A stretch of DNA of 64,000 nt from Dehalococcoidia bacterium (GCA_963555985.3 OY820591.1:1919085-1983084); one strand, 5' to 3'. Numbered from the stretch's first letter, positions 47,960 through 57,178 are shown. Program-made: numbers and translations. Notes: generated by a model from the sequence alone, not told the origin.

Positions 47960-49132
47960 GTGTATCTGACGCTGCTTGAATTGTCCGAGTTTCGTTCGTG
48001 GGCGCGAATTGAGCTGGCGCTCGAGCCTGGATTGACCCTGATCTCGGGTCCTAATGCGGCGGGGAAGTCGAACCTGATTGAGGCGCTTTATCTGCTGGCG
48101 GCGCTGCGTTCGACGCGGGCGTCGGTAGAGGGTGAGTTGATTCGCTGGGGGGCGGACGCGCCGCAGACGATGCGCATTGCCGGCACGGCCGCGACCCGCG
48201 CAGGGGAGGTGGAGGTAGAGGTGGCGGTGTCGGCGCGATCGGGGACTGCGGGCGGGGGCGCGCGGATGCGGACGGGCGCTCCCTTGACGAGCAAGCGGAT
48301 TCGGGTGAACGGGGTGCCACGGCGGGCGGCTGAGGCGCTGGGCGCGATCCGAGCGGTGCAATTCACGACGCTCGATCTGGAACTGCTGACTGGTTCGTCG
48401 TCGCTGCGCAGGCGCTACCTCGATGTGGCGATCGGTCAGTTGCGGGCGGGTCATGCGTCTGCGCTCTCGCGTTATCAGCGGGCGCTGCAACAGCGCAATG
48501 CGCTGCTCAAGCGGGTTGCGGCGCATCAGGCGCGCGCATCGGAGTTGGAGCAGTGGGACGGGTTGCTGGCTTCGGCTGCTGCGCCGATCTGGAGATCGCG
48601 CTCGGCGGCGACGGCGGCGCTCGCGGCGGCTGCGGTAGTGCGGCACACTGAGTTGCGAGCGGGCAACGAGGCGCGGGAGGAGTTCGCACTGCGTTATGTT
48701 CCGGCACTGCCGGACGGTGCGAATGGCGAAGACTGGGAGGGCGCGATGGGGGATGCGCTCGCTCAGGGGCGCGGGCGCGATCTTGCACGGGGCAGCACTC
48801 AGATCGGGCCGCATCGGGATGAGTTGGCGATTGATCTGGATGGGCGGCCGGCTGCTGCGTTCGGCTCCCGCGCCCAGCAACGCGCCTGCGCGCTCGCGCT
48901 GCGGCTGGCGGAGGCGGACTATCTCGAGGCCGGCTCCGGCGAAGCGGCGATTCTGCTGCTGGATGACATCTTCAGCGAACTCGATCCTGATCGGCGCGAG
49001 CGTACGGCGTCGGCGCTCGACGGTGCGGAACAGGTGATCCTCACGACGGCGGATACGGATTCGCTGCCGGACGGCCTAGACAACCTGTCGGCGGCGTGGA
49101 CGATTGAGGATGGGCGGCTGCGCGGTCGCTAG
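47960..49132 (+). CDS. recF: DNA replication and repair protein RecF
   Basis: N-terminus LELSEFRSW..ISGPNAAGKSNLIEALYLL (Walker A), signature ..GSRAQQRACALALRLAE.., and Walker B ILLLDDIFSELD. Confidence 0.9.
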   Translation: MYLTLLELSEFRSWARIELALEPGLTLISGPNAAGKSNLIEALYLLAALRSTRASVEGELIRWGADAPQTMRIAGTAATRAGEVEVEVAVSARSGTAGGGARMRTGAPLTSKRIRVNGVPRRAAEALGAIRAVQFTTLDLELLTGSSSLRRRYLDVAIGQLRAGHASALSRYQRALQQRNALLKRVAAHQARASELEQWDGLLASAAAPIWRSRSAATAALAAAAVVRHTELRAGNEAREEFALRYVPALPDGANGEDWEGAMGDALAQGRGRDLARGSTQIGPHRDELAIDLDGRPAAAFGSRAQQRACALALRLAEADYLEAGSGEAAILLLDDIFSELDPDRRERTASALDGAEQVILTTADTDSLPDGLDNLSAAWTIEDGRLRGR

Positions 49133-49156
49133 GCTGTAGCCATTGACCGGAGCGAC

Positions 49157-49846
49157 ATGTCCACTGCCGATGCCTCATCCACCGCCCAAACCTTGGTCCG
49201 CTTCCGCCTGCCGGAACCGCCGGAGCGGAATCCCGACGAAGTGACTTCTTACGACTACGTCCATCTGACCGGCAACCCGCATTTCCTGGCGCAGCATTTC
49301 GCCCAGCCCGAGACGACGCTCGTCAGCGCGGAGCGCTACCTCGTCGCCGCTCGCGGCTCTCGACTGCGCCGCGTCCCCGACCTGCTGATCGCCTTCGACG
49401 TCGATCCCGAGCTGTACTACGAGCAGAACGGCTACGTGATCGCCGACCAGGGCAAGCCGCCCGATTTCATCCTCGAGGTCGCTTCGCCCAGCACGGCGAA
49501 GATCGACACGGTCGACAAGCGGCGCGACTACGCCGCCCTGGGCGTGCGCGAGTACTGGCGCTTCGACCACACGGGCGAGTGGCACGGCGCGCGTTTGGCC
49601 GGCGACCGCCTGGTCGGGGAGCGCTACGAGCCGATCCCGATCGTGGAGTTGTCGCCCGGCGTTTTGCAAGGCGAGAGCGAAGCCTTGGGTCTGTGGCTGC
49701 GCTGGGAGCAAGGCGCGCTCGGTTGGTACGACCCGGCGACGGGGCGGCACATCCCTACCTTCGACGCGGAGCGGGAAGGCCGCTTGGCTGCGGAAGCGCG
49801 GGTGCGGGAGCTTGAGGCGGAGTTGCGGCGGCGCGGGGAGCGCTAG
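49157..49846 (+). CDS. Uma2-family endonuclease, tandem copy 1
   Basis: ..PDLLIAFDVD..PPDFILEVASPST..RRDYAALGVREYWRFD.. Coiled-coil tail ..ARVRELEAELRRRG. Confidence 0.85.
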   Translation: MSTADASSTAQTLVRFRLPEPPERNPDEVTSYDYVHLTGNPHFLAQHFAQPETTLVSAERYLVAARGSRLRRVPDLLIAFDVDPELYYEQNGYVIADQGKPPDFILEVASPSTAKIDTVDKRRDYAALGVREYWRFDHTGEWHGARLAGDRLVGERYEPIPIVELSPGVLQGESEALGLWLRWEQGALGWYDPATGRHIPTFDAEREGRLAAEARVRELEAELRRRGER

Positions 49847-49878
49847 CGGCGTATCCTCCAACCACCGACCGGAGCGAC

Positions 49879-50610
49879 ATGTCCACTGCCGATGCCTCAT
49901 CCACCGCCCAGACCTTGGTCCGCTTCCGCCTGCCGGAACCGCCGGAGCGGAATCCCGACGAAGTGACTTCTTACGACTACGTCCATCTGACCGGCAACCC
50001 GCATTTCCTGGCGCAGCACTTCGCCCAGCCCGAGTCGACGCTCGTCAGCGCGGAGCGCTACCTCGTCGCCGCTCGCGGCTCGCGACTGCGCCGCGTCCCC
50101 GACCTCCTAATCGCCTTCGATGTCGATCCCGAGCTGTACTACGAGCAGAACGGCTACGTGATCTCGGACCAGGGCAAGCCGCCCGATTTCATCCTCGAGG
50201 TCGCCTCGCCCAGCACGGCCAAGATCGACACGATCGACAAGCGGCGCGACTACGCCGCCCTGGGCGTGCGCGAGTACTGGCGTTTCGACCACAGCGGCGA
50301 GTGGCACGGCGCTCGGTTGGCCGGCGACCGCCTAGTCGGCGAGCGCTACGAGCCAATCCCGATCGTGGAGTTGTCGCCCGGCGTCTTGCAGGGCGAGAGC
50401 GAGGCCCTGGGTCTCTGGCTGCGCTGGGAGCAGGGCGCGCTGGGTTGGTACGACCCGGCGACGGGGCGGCACATCCCTACCTTCGACGCCGAGCGCGAAG
50501 GCCGCTTGGCTGCAGAAGTACGAGCAGATACGGAGCGAGCGGCGCGGTTGGCTGCGGAAGCGCGGGTGCGGGAGCTTGAGGCGGAGTTGCGGCGACGGGG
50601 AGGGCGGTAG
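49879..50610 (+). CDS. Uma2-family endonuclease, tandem copy 2
   Basis: Nearly identical to copy 1 at a 722-bp offset. By eye there are 4 substitutions in the first ~200 aa plus a 14-aa insertion, EVRADTERAARLAA, in the tail. Confidence 0.85.
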   Translation: MSTADASSTAQTLVRFRLPEPPERNPDEVTSYDYVHLTGNPHFLAQHFAQPESTLVSAERYLVAARGSRLRRVPDLLIAFDVDPELYYEQNGYVISDQGKPPDFILEVASPSTAKIDTIDKRRDYAALGVREYWRFDHSGEWHGARLAGDRLVGERYEPIPIVELSPGVLQGESEALGLWLRWEQGALGWYDPATGRHIPTFDAEREGRLAAEVRADTERAARLAAEARVRELEAELRRRGGR

Positions 50611-50680
50611 TCGGCCTCTTGGCTCTGAGCGGCTCTGGGAAGGGGGCGAGGGAGCTCAGCGGGGCCGGCTGGGGGCAGCT

Positions 50681-50893
50681 GGGGACCCCTCTCTGTCCCC
50701 CCGCCTTCGCGGGGGCAGGCTCTACGGGACATCTCCCCCCGCAGTGCGGGGGGAGAGGGGGACTTGCTTCGGGACATCTGCGCTTGCGGTGTAGGGGGAG
50801 AGGGGGACTTGCTTCGGGACATCTGCGCCTGCGGTGTAGGGGGAGAGGGGGACTTGCTTCGGGACGGCTCGCTTGTGGTGTGGGGGAGTTGAG
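50681..50893. repeat. Family-A long form followed by ~3.7 tandem copies of a 45-bp unit
   Basis: Units at 50726-50770, 50771-50815 and 50816-50860, with a partial copy to 50893: gggacatctgcgcYtgcggtgtagggggagagggggacttgcttc. Confidence 0.85.
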
Positions 50894-51018
50894 ATTCTGG
50901 GTTTGCAGAGCTCTCACATGACGCTTACGCGGGCTGTTCGGAGGGCTTACATATGGCCCGTAGGTTGATTGTTGTCGAGGGGGTGCCCGAGTGAGTGCGC
51001 TCCTGCGGTTAGCTGGAG

Positions 51019-51819
51019 ATGGAGCGAACGATGCAGAGCAGAGCCGGGGGTTGGATGCGATTGGGGTTGCGCTGGTTGTTGCCGCTGGCAGGGGCGGCGG
51101 CGATTGGGGTGTTGGCGGTGACGCTGGTGAGCGCGCGTCCGCATGGGGAGGGCGGCGAGCGGCGCGGTCATGGGCATGGTCTTGGCGAGGAGATTGCGGA
51201 GTTGGTCGGAACCGACTCGGCGACGCTGCGTGAGTCGCTGAAGGAAGGCCAAACGCTGGCGCAGATCGCGGAGTCGAACGGAGTGGATGCGCAAACGGTG
51301 ATCGATGCGCTGGTTGGTACGGCCAACGAGCGCATTGCGGCGGCCGTCGAAGCGGGCAAGCTGAGCGAGGCTGAAGCTGAGCAGAAGCGCGTGGAGATCG
51401 AAGAGCGGGTGACGACGTTCGTGCACGAGGGCGGCGGCTTCAAGTGGGGCAAGCACGGCAAGCTCGGTCACCACAAGTGGGGAGGGGGCGCGAAGCTGGC
51501 GGAACTGGCGGAGTTGGCCGGGACGGACGTGGACGGCCTCAAGACCGCGCTGGGGGAGGGTCAGACGCTGGCAGAGATCGCGGAGTCGAACGGAGTGGAT
51601 CCGCAAACGGTGATCGCTGCGCTGGTTGAGGCGGCCCACGCTCGGATCGACGGGGCGGTCGCAGCGGGCAAGCTGAGTGAGGCGGAAGCGGAGAGCAAGA
51701 AGTCGGAGGCGGCGAGCGCGATCGAGGATTTGGTCAACCACGGATTCGACAAGTCGAAATTGCGTAGTTGGGGCAAGGGGCGCTGGGGCGGTCTGGGAGG
51801 GAGTGTCGAGCGCAGCTGA
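51019..51819 (+). CDS. Secreted protein with an internal ~100-aa duplication
   Basis: Signal peptide ..LRWLLPLAGAAAIGVLAV. Two repeats, AEL(V/A)GTD..L(K/G)EGQTLA(Q/E)IAESNGVD(A/P)QTVI(D/A)ALV..AGKLSEAEAE.. Confidence 0.65.
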   Translation: MERTMQSRAGGWMRLGLRWLLPLAGAAAIGVLAVTLVSARPHGEGGERRGHGHGLGEEIAELVGTDSATLRESLKEGQTLAQIAESNGVDAQTVIDALVGTANERIAAAVEAGKLSEAEAEQKRVEIEERVTTFVHEGGGFKWGKHGKLGHHKWGGGAKLAELAELAGTDVDGLKTALGEGQTLAEIAESNGVDPQTVIAALVEAAHARIDGAVAAGKLSEAEAESKKSEAASAIEDLVNHGFDKSKLRSWGKGRWGGLGGSVERS

Positions 51820-51843
51820 GGAGCGGTTGCCGGACGGCGATGC

Positions 51844-51874
51844 GGGCGCCCGCGGGGGCGCCCGTTCTGCTTCT
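51844..51874 (+). terminator. Probable intrinsic terminator
   Basis: gggcgccc-gcgg-gggcgccc is an 8-bp GC stem, followed by gttctgcttct, 25 nt after the 51819 stop. Confidence 0.55.
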
Positions 51875-52105
51875 CCGCGCGGACGCTGACGACGTTACGT
51901 TCATGATCGTGTCGTGAGGTGTTGCACGAGATATTCATCAAACAGGCATTGGCGTTAGTTTGTAATCATGATTTGCACACCGACAGGCGACGCGAGGATT
52001 GCGCGCTGGCGAGGAGTCGATTTGAACGCCCACAGCACTGCTCGCAGGTCTCGACCGCGCCGATTCTCCCCCCCCCGCAAGTCCTGGGGTCTTTGGGGAC
52101 AGGGA

Positions 52106-53653
52106 ATGAGGCGGCGGGGGCCGGCGGTGCTGGCGCTGGGGTTGTTGACGCTGTTGCTGGCCGGGGCGCTGCTTCCCTCTGAGACCAAGGCCCAGTCGGT
52201 GCCTGACAAACCGACGATCACGGCGGTTATTCCCGTTGGGGGCTGCATCATCGTGCGTTGGACACCTCCCGCCGACGACGGTGGCTCGGCAATCCTTCAG
52301 TACAAGATCGACGATCCCGGCGCTGGCGTCGGCGAAAAAACGGTCGGGAGCAGTGTTCGGGAGGTGAAGTGGGGCAACTCCGGCTGCACCTTGTTTGGTC
52401 ATCTGGAGTTCGACATGCGAGTCCAGGCGCGCAACGCGAATGGCTGGGGGTCTTGGTCCGACCCGGTCAGTTCGACTCCGGTCAAACCGACTGTGACGGC
52501 TTCCAACCAGGCACCGACCTCCGCGACTATCTCCGTCACCAACTTGAGCAAGGCACCGTGGTGGTATCAGGGCGACCAGCCCGGTACCGTCTGTACCGCG
52601 GTTGCGAAGGGGACCACCTCAGTCGATTTGACAGGCCTGAGCCCGTCTAACACCTACACCTACAGGGTCTTCTACGACGACGACTGCAATACAAATTCGG
52701 AGCTCAACAGCGCGACCTTCACCACCTCGGACCCCACCGAGCCGGCCAAGCCGGATGCGCCCACGCTGACCGTCGGGGACCAACAGATCCGCGTCTCATG
52801 GTCTGCGCCGGAGAACAACGGCTCGGCGATCACCGACTACGACGTGCGGTACTCGTCGGATGGCGGCTCAACCTGGACGGAGTGGAATGCGTCGGACGAC
52901 GGGACGACGCGCAGCGCGACGATCACGGGCTTGACGAACGGCACGACCTATCAGGTGCAGGTACGGGCGACGAACACAATCGGCGTCAGCGACTGGTCGG
53001 TCTCAGCCACGGCTACGCCGGCGCAGCCGCAGGCCGAAGTCCATTATGAGATCGTCCTTCGAGGGGCGGTGGAGCGGGCGTCGAACGAGGACGAACCGGA
53101 ACCGTTGTCGCTGTATTTTCCGACGCGGAGTCTGAGCGATTGCGAGGAGCCGGTCGACTCGGATTGCGGCTCGCTGACTTTCCCCGACGGCGTGTATGCG
53201 GGTCTGGACGAGGCGGTCTCGGAGACGGTGCGGGAGAACATCTGGGGTTCTTATGTGGTGACGGACGAGGTTGGGACGGCGCGGGATTGGGAGCGGCGCT
53301 TCCGGGTGTGGTTGGATACGGATCGGCTGGGCTTCGAGCTTGAGGGTCGGCGCTATTTTGCGCTGCCGAGGCGGGCGGTGTTCGATTTGGACCTGTGGGT
53401 GATCTACTACATGGCGGAGCGGGGGATGAACAGCGTGCGGCTGGCGGAGCGTCCGTTCGAGCCGATGTTGACGGTGTGTTTGCCGCTGCCGTTGGGTCAG
53501 GCTGAGGCGAGCGTCGCGGTGTGGGATAAGCGGGAGTGGGGCTGGAGGTTGCTGGAGTCGGCGGTGAGCCTGGATGAGGAGCAGGTTTGCGGGTTGACTC
53601 CGTATGTGACGGTGTTCGGTTTGGTGGCGCCTGAGTTGTCGCAGGGGCCGTGA
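52106..53653 (+). CDS. Secreted multi-FN3-domain protein with an uncharacterised C-terminal domain
   Basis: Internal ATG at 52106, with signal peptide MRRRGPAVLALGLLTLLLAGA. Three FN3-like units: PDKPT..W.PP.DDGGSAI..Y.., ..PAKPDAPTL..VSWSAPENNGSAITDYDVRYS..TNGTTYQVQVRATN. Confidence 0.8.
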   Translation: MRRRGPAVLALGLLTLLLAGALLPSETKAQSVPDKPTITAVIPVGGCIIVRWTPPADDGGSAILQYKIDDPGAGVGEKTVGSSVREVKWGNSGCTLFGHLEFDMRVQARNANGWGSWSDPVSSTPVKPTVTASNQAPTSATISVTNLSKAPWWYQGDQPGTVCTAVAKGTTSVDLTGLSPSNTYTYRVFYDDDCNTNSELNSATFTTSDPTEPAKPDAPTLTVGDQQIRVSWSAPENNGSAITDYDVRYSSDGGSTWTEWNASDDGTTRSATITGLTNGTTYQVQVRATNTIGVSDWSVSATATPAQPQAEVHYEIVLRGAVERASNEDEPEPLSLYFPTRSLSDCEEPVDSDCGSLTFPDGVYAGLDEAVSETVRENIWGSYVVTDEVGTARDWERRFRVWLDTDRLGFELEGRRYFALPRRAVFDLDLWVIYYMAERGMNSVRLAERPFEPMLTVCLPLPLGQAEASVAVWDKREWGWRLLESAVSLDEEQVCGLTPYVTVFGLVAPELSQGP

Positions 53654-53694
53654 TTGGGGCGCATTGGGTGCTGTGAGGAGTGCGCTTCGTCGGA

Positions 53695-53957
53695 CGGGGC
53701 CCCTCCGTTACTTCGTGAGATGTGGTGTAGCAGATAGCACGGCGGCGTTCTCACCCCCTCTGCCTTCGGCATCTCCCTCCCCGCCTGCGCGGGGACAGGC
53801 TCTCAAGGGGGAGATCGATTTTGGTCTACGTGCAGGTCTTCCAAAAGGGGAGGTTTTGGGAGTTAGCCGACGGCACCGTCGGTGGCGCGCCGGTCGTGTT
53901 CGCGACGACGGTACAGGTCATGGCGAGATACCCGCGGCAAGCGCGGGTATGACGGAG
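53695..53957. repeat. Mosaic repeat cluster (degenerate A modules plus a B2 module)
   Basis: ..ttctcaccccctctgccttcggcatctccctccccgcctgcgcggggacaggctctcaaggggg.. and ggcgagatacccgcggcaagcgcgggtatgacggag. Confidence 0.75.
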
Positions 53958-53987
53958 TATTGGGTGCGAGGAGGGGAGGTTTGGGGG

Positions 53988-56474
53988 TTAGCCGAGGGTT
54001 CCGGCGGCGGCTAGGCGGGTGATGTCGGTGTCGGTGTAGTGGAGGAGGTGTCGGAGGATGTGTTCGGTGTGTTCTCCCCAGAGGGGGGCGCGCTCGGTTT
54101 TGAGGCGCTGGTTGTCCCAGAGGATGGGTTCGTGCTGGATGTGGAGGCTGGGGCCTTCGGGGGATTGGGCGTGGTGATAGTTGGCGCGCATGGCGTGGTC
54201 TTGCTCGAAGAAGTCGCGCAGGCGCTCGACGGGGCTGGCGGGGAGGCCGGCGTTGAGCAGGAGTTGGGCGGCGCTCCACTCATCGTGTTGGCTCGACCAG
54301 CTAGAGATCGCGGCTTCGATTTCGTCTTCGGCGGCTTGGCGGCCGGAAAGCGTGGCGAAGTCGTCTCGCGCGGCAAGGTCGGCTCGTCCGATCACACGGC
54401 AGAGGGATCGCCATTCGTTGTCGCTGCGGCAGGCGAGCGCCAGCCAGCGATCCTCGCCGGCCGCGGGGAAGACTCCGTGCGGAGACATCCAGGGAGAGCG
54501 GTTGCCGATGCGGGGGCGTTCGGGGATGCCGTTGAGAGCTTCGAGCAGTTCGGTGTCGAGGAGGTGGGTGGCGGTTTCGTATTGCGCAACCTCGACGTAG
54601 CTGCCCTCGCCGCTGCGCTCTCGTTGCTCCAGGGCTGCCAGGACGGCGGCGGCGAGATAGTAGGGGACGGTGAAGTCGGTGTGGAGGGTACCGAGGCAGA
54701 TGGGGGGTTGGTGTCCGAAGCCGGAGCGGTAGGCGAGGCCGCTCATGCCGACGATGCCGTTGCCGTAGGAGCGCCACTCGGCGCGGGGGCCTTCGATGCC
54801 CATGACGGCGACGTTGCAAAGGATGATGGCGGGGTTGATTTGGGAGAGCACGTCGTAGCCCACGCCCCAGCGGTCGAGGACGTAGGGGGTGTAGTTGGAG
54901 GTGACGACGTCGGCGGTTTCCGCCAGCCGGAGGATCGCTTCGATTCCCTCCTCCGTCTTGAGATTGAGGGTGCAGGAGAGTTTGTTGGCGCTGCAATCGT
55001 TGAAGACGCCGTTGGTGTTGAGGGAGAAGCGATCGGGCGGTTGGACACCGATATAGCGGATGGGGTCGAGGCGTCCCTCGGATTCGATTTTGATGACTTC
55101 GGCCCCGAGGTCGGCAAGGAGGCGGGTACCGAGTGGTCCGGCGATAGCCCAGCAGAAGTCGAGGATGCGGACGCCGGCGAGGGGTTGGCGTGGGGGTGGT
55201 TGGGGGACCCCCCTCTGCCGCTTCGCGGCATCTCCCCCCGCACTGCGGGGGGAGAGGGGAGCGTGCTTCGGGGCATCTTCGTCTGTAGTGCGGGGAGAGA
55301 GGGGAGCGGGCTTCGGGGCGTCTGTTGCTGTCGGGAGGGAGGTGAGGATTTCGTGGGTGTGTTCTCCGAGCATGGGGGCTCGTTTGGCTTGGGGTTGTTG
55401 GCCTCGTTGGCGGATGGGTGGGCGGGGGAAGGTGAGGGCCTGGTTGAGTTGAGGATGGTGGACTTCTTGGTAGAAGCCTCGGGCGCGGAGGTGGGGATCG
55501 TTGGCGACTTCTTCGACGGTGTGGATGGGGAGGACGAGCAGGCTGCGGCGCTGGCCTTCGCTGGTGAGTTGTTCGAGGGTGAGGGTCTCGCAGAGGCGGA
55601 CGACCCAGGGGCGGATTTCTTGGTTGAAGTTGAGGTTGCGATAGCCCTCGTCGTCGAAGCGCGCTTCGTGGAGGACTGCGGCGTCTTCGAAGACGCGGTC
55701 GCACCAGTCGACGAACTTGTACCAGTGGGGCGGGTGGATGGTGAAGGTGAGCCAGTGTCCGTCGGCGCTTTGGAAGGTGGCGCCGCTGCCGATGGGGGTG
55801 TGGCGGTCGGGGGAGTGGTTGTGCCAGGGGTGATAGTTGCCGTTGGCGGTCTGGAGGGTGGTGAAGGCGACGGCTTCCTGCATCCCGACCGTGACCCAGC
55901 CGGGGTCTCCGCCGCGGCGGCGTTGGGTGATCATGGCGAGGGCGGCTTCGGCGGCGACGAGTGAGATTTGCTTGTAGGCGAGGTTGCCGGCGGGCCAGAG
56001 GGGCGGGTCTTCGGGGAAGCCATTGAGGACGATGTGTCCGCCGGCCGCCATCGCGGTCAGGTCAGTCACTGGTTCAGGTTCGCGTTCGTTGCGTCGGAAG
56101 ACGCAATCGACAACTGGGATTTGGTGTGTCCAGAGGCCGTCGCGTCCGCGTTGGAGCCAGTCGGCGAGCGCCGGCGCGGGCTGCAAGGGCGCGAGCAGGG
56201 CGTCGCAGCGGGGGAGCATGGTTTCGACGGTTTGCCAGGTGTCGGGGTCGTCGAGATCGACGGCGAGGGAGCGTTTGCCGGCGTTGTAGAGGAGGTGCGC
56301 CCAGCCGCGTTCGAGGCGGTCGGCGTCTGTGTCGAGGGCGGGTTCGCGTCGGCGGAGTTGGTCTCCGCGCTGATCTTCGATGCGGATGACGTCTGCGCCG
56401 AGGTCGGCGAGCAGGCGCGCGCCGAGGGCGAGCGGCTCGTCGGTGAGGTCGAGGATGCGGATGTGATTGAGCAT
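53988..56474 (-). CDS. Fusion of two family-III (CaiB/BaiF) CoA-transferase modules joined by a repeat-derived linker
   Basis: Module 1 starts MLNHIRILDLTDEPLALGARLLADLGADVIRIE. Module 2 starts ..PLAGVRILDFCWAIAGPLGTRLLADLGAEVIKIE. No stop codon and no ATG/GTG/TTG lies between them. The linker is ..DAPKPAPLSPRTTDEDAPKHAPLSPRSAGGDAAKRQRGVPQPPPRQ.. Confidence 0.85.
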   Translation of the reverse strand: MLNHIRILDLTDEPLALGARLLADLGADVIRIEDQRGDQLRRREPALDTDADRLERGWAHLLYNAGKRSLAVDLDDPDTWQTVETMLPRCDALLAPLQPAPALADWLQRGRDGLWTHQIPVVDCVFRRNEREPEPVTDLTAMAAGGHIVLNGFPEDPPLWPAGNLAYKQISLVAAEAALAMITQRRRGGDPGWVTVGMQEAVAFTTLQTANGNYHPWHNHSPDRHTPIGSGATFQSADGHWLTFTIHPPHWYKFVDWCDRVFEDAAVLHEARFDDEGYRNLNFNQEIRPWVVRLCETLTLEQLTSEGQRRSLLVLPIHTVEEVANDPHLRARGFYQEVHHPQLNQALTFPRPPIRQRGQQPQAKRAPMLGEHTHEILTSLPTATDAPKPAPLSPRTTDEDAPKHAPLSPRSAGGDAAKRQRGVPQPPPRQPLAGVRILDFCWAIAGPLGTRLLADLGAEVIKIESEGRLDPIRYIGVQPPDRFSLNTNGVFNDCSANKLSCTLNLKTEEGIEAILRLAETADVVTSNYTPYVLDRWGVGYDVLSQINPAIILCNVAVMGIEGPRAEWRSYGNGIVGMSGLAYRSGFGHQPPICLGTLHTDFTVPYYLAAAVLAALEQRERSGEGSYVEVAQYETATHLLDTELLEALNGIPERPRIGNRSPWMSPHGVFPAAGEDRWLALACRSDNEWRSLCRVIGRADLAARDDFATLSGRQAAEDEIEAAISSWSSQHDEWSAAQLLLNAGLPASPVERLRDFFEQDHAMRANYHHAQSPEGPSLHIQHEPILWDNQRLKTERAPLWGEHTEHILRHLLHYTDTDITRLAAAGTLG
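55202..55322. repeat. Family-A tandem repeat embedded in-frame in the CoA-transferase CDS
   Basis: gggggacccccctctgccgcttcgcggcatctccccccgcactgcggggggagaggggagcgtgcttcggggcatcttcgtctgtagtgcggggagagaggggagcgggcttcgggg. Same unit type as 50726-50893. Confidence 0.8.
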
Positions 56475-56536
56475 TGGGGGAGGATAGCGGTGGGTGTTGC
56501 GGGGGCTGGTTGGGTTTGGAGTGGATTGTGGCGTGC

Positions 56537-56610
56537 GGGACCCCCTCTGTCCCCCCGCCTTCGCGGGGGCAGTCGCTGGGGGACATCTGCTCTTGTGGTG
56601 TGGGGAGAGT
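56537..56610. repeat. Family-A repeat
   Basis: gggaccccctctgtccccccgccttcgcgggggcagtcgctgggggacatctgctcttgtggtgtggggagag. Confidence 0.8.
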
Positions 56611-56767
56611 GATTGAGAATGTCTGTGTGATGTAGATTACATTTGTGGAATTTGAGTTCTCTGGGCGTCTTGGGTAAGTTTGGGTTTCCGAGCACGACTG
56701 CTGCGCGCCTCCGAGCGCCGAACGGACAGAGACCGTCGGCGCTCGCAGTGTTTTGAAGGAGGCGCGT

Positions 56768-57178
56768 ATGCAGACTGATGAGCCCACCCCCGCCGAGTCT
56801 CCGCCGGAGCCCTCGGAGACGGGCGTACTGGCGATCCGTGAAGCGATCCTCGAGGCGATTGGCGAGCTCTCGCAGGAGGAGCGCGAGCGCTTGACCGCGT
56901 CCGAGCAGCCGCAAGAGACCGTTCGCGTCTGGCGCGAACTGATCGCGGAGCGGGCGGCGCGGGAGCGCGAACAATCGCTGCGGCGTGAGTTGCAGAGCGA
57001 GACTCTGGCGGCTCAGCCCCAACCAACTCGAGGACTGCATACCGCTGTCGCCCCGGCCGCTGCGCCGGACACGGTCGAACAGTGGACGAATTGGATCCGG
57101 GGGATTGAGGACTCCTCGGAGCAGGCGCGACGGCGGGCCGACTTCGCGGCCTGGCTCGCCAGCCACCCCGAGGCCTGA
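56768..57178 (+). CDS. Putative phage scaffolding-like protein
   Basis: GAAGGAGG lies 6 nt upstream of ATG 56768. The protein is acidic, helical and E/R/A-rich (136 aa) and lies directly upstream of the capsid gene. The call is positional only. Confidence 0.45.
   Translation: MQTDEPTPAESPPEPSETGVLAIREAILEAIGELSQEERERLTASEQPQETVRVWRELIAERAAREREQSLRRELQSETLAAQPQPTRGLHTAVAPAAAPDTVEQWTNWIRGIEDSSEQARRRADFAAWLASHPEA

Noticed and set aside
37014-50610. Whether the Uma2 endonucleases are the missing restriction partners of the two DNA methyltransferases.
   Set aside because: They are 10-25 kb from either methyltransferase, are not in the same operons, and the family typically occurs in many stand-alone copies.
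50681-50893. Whether the repeat clusters (this one and about 20 others) could be CRISPR arrays.
   Set aside because: There is no alternation of a constant repeat with unique spacers of regular length. The units are self-complementary hairpins, abut one another directly, occur in both orientations and are scattered singly. No cas genes are present in the window.
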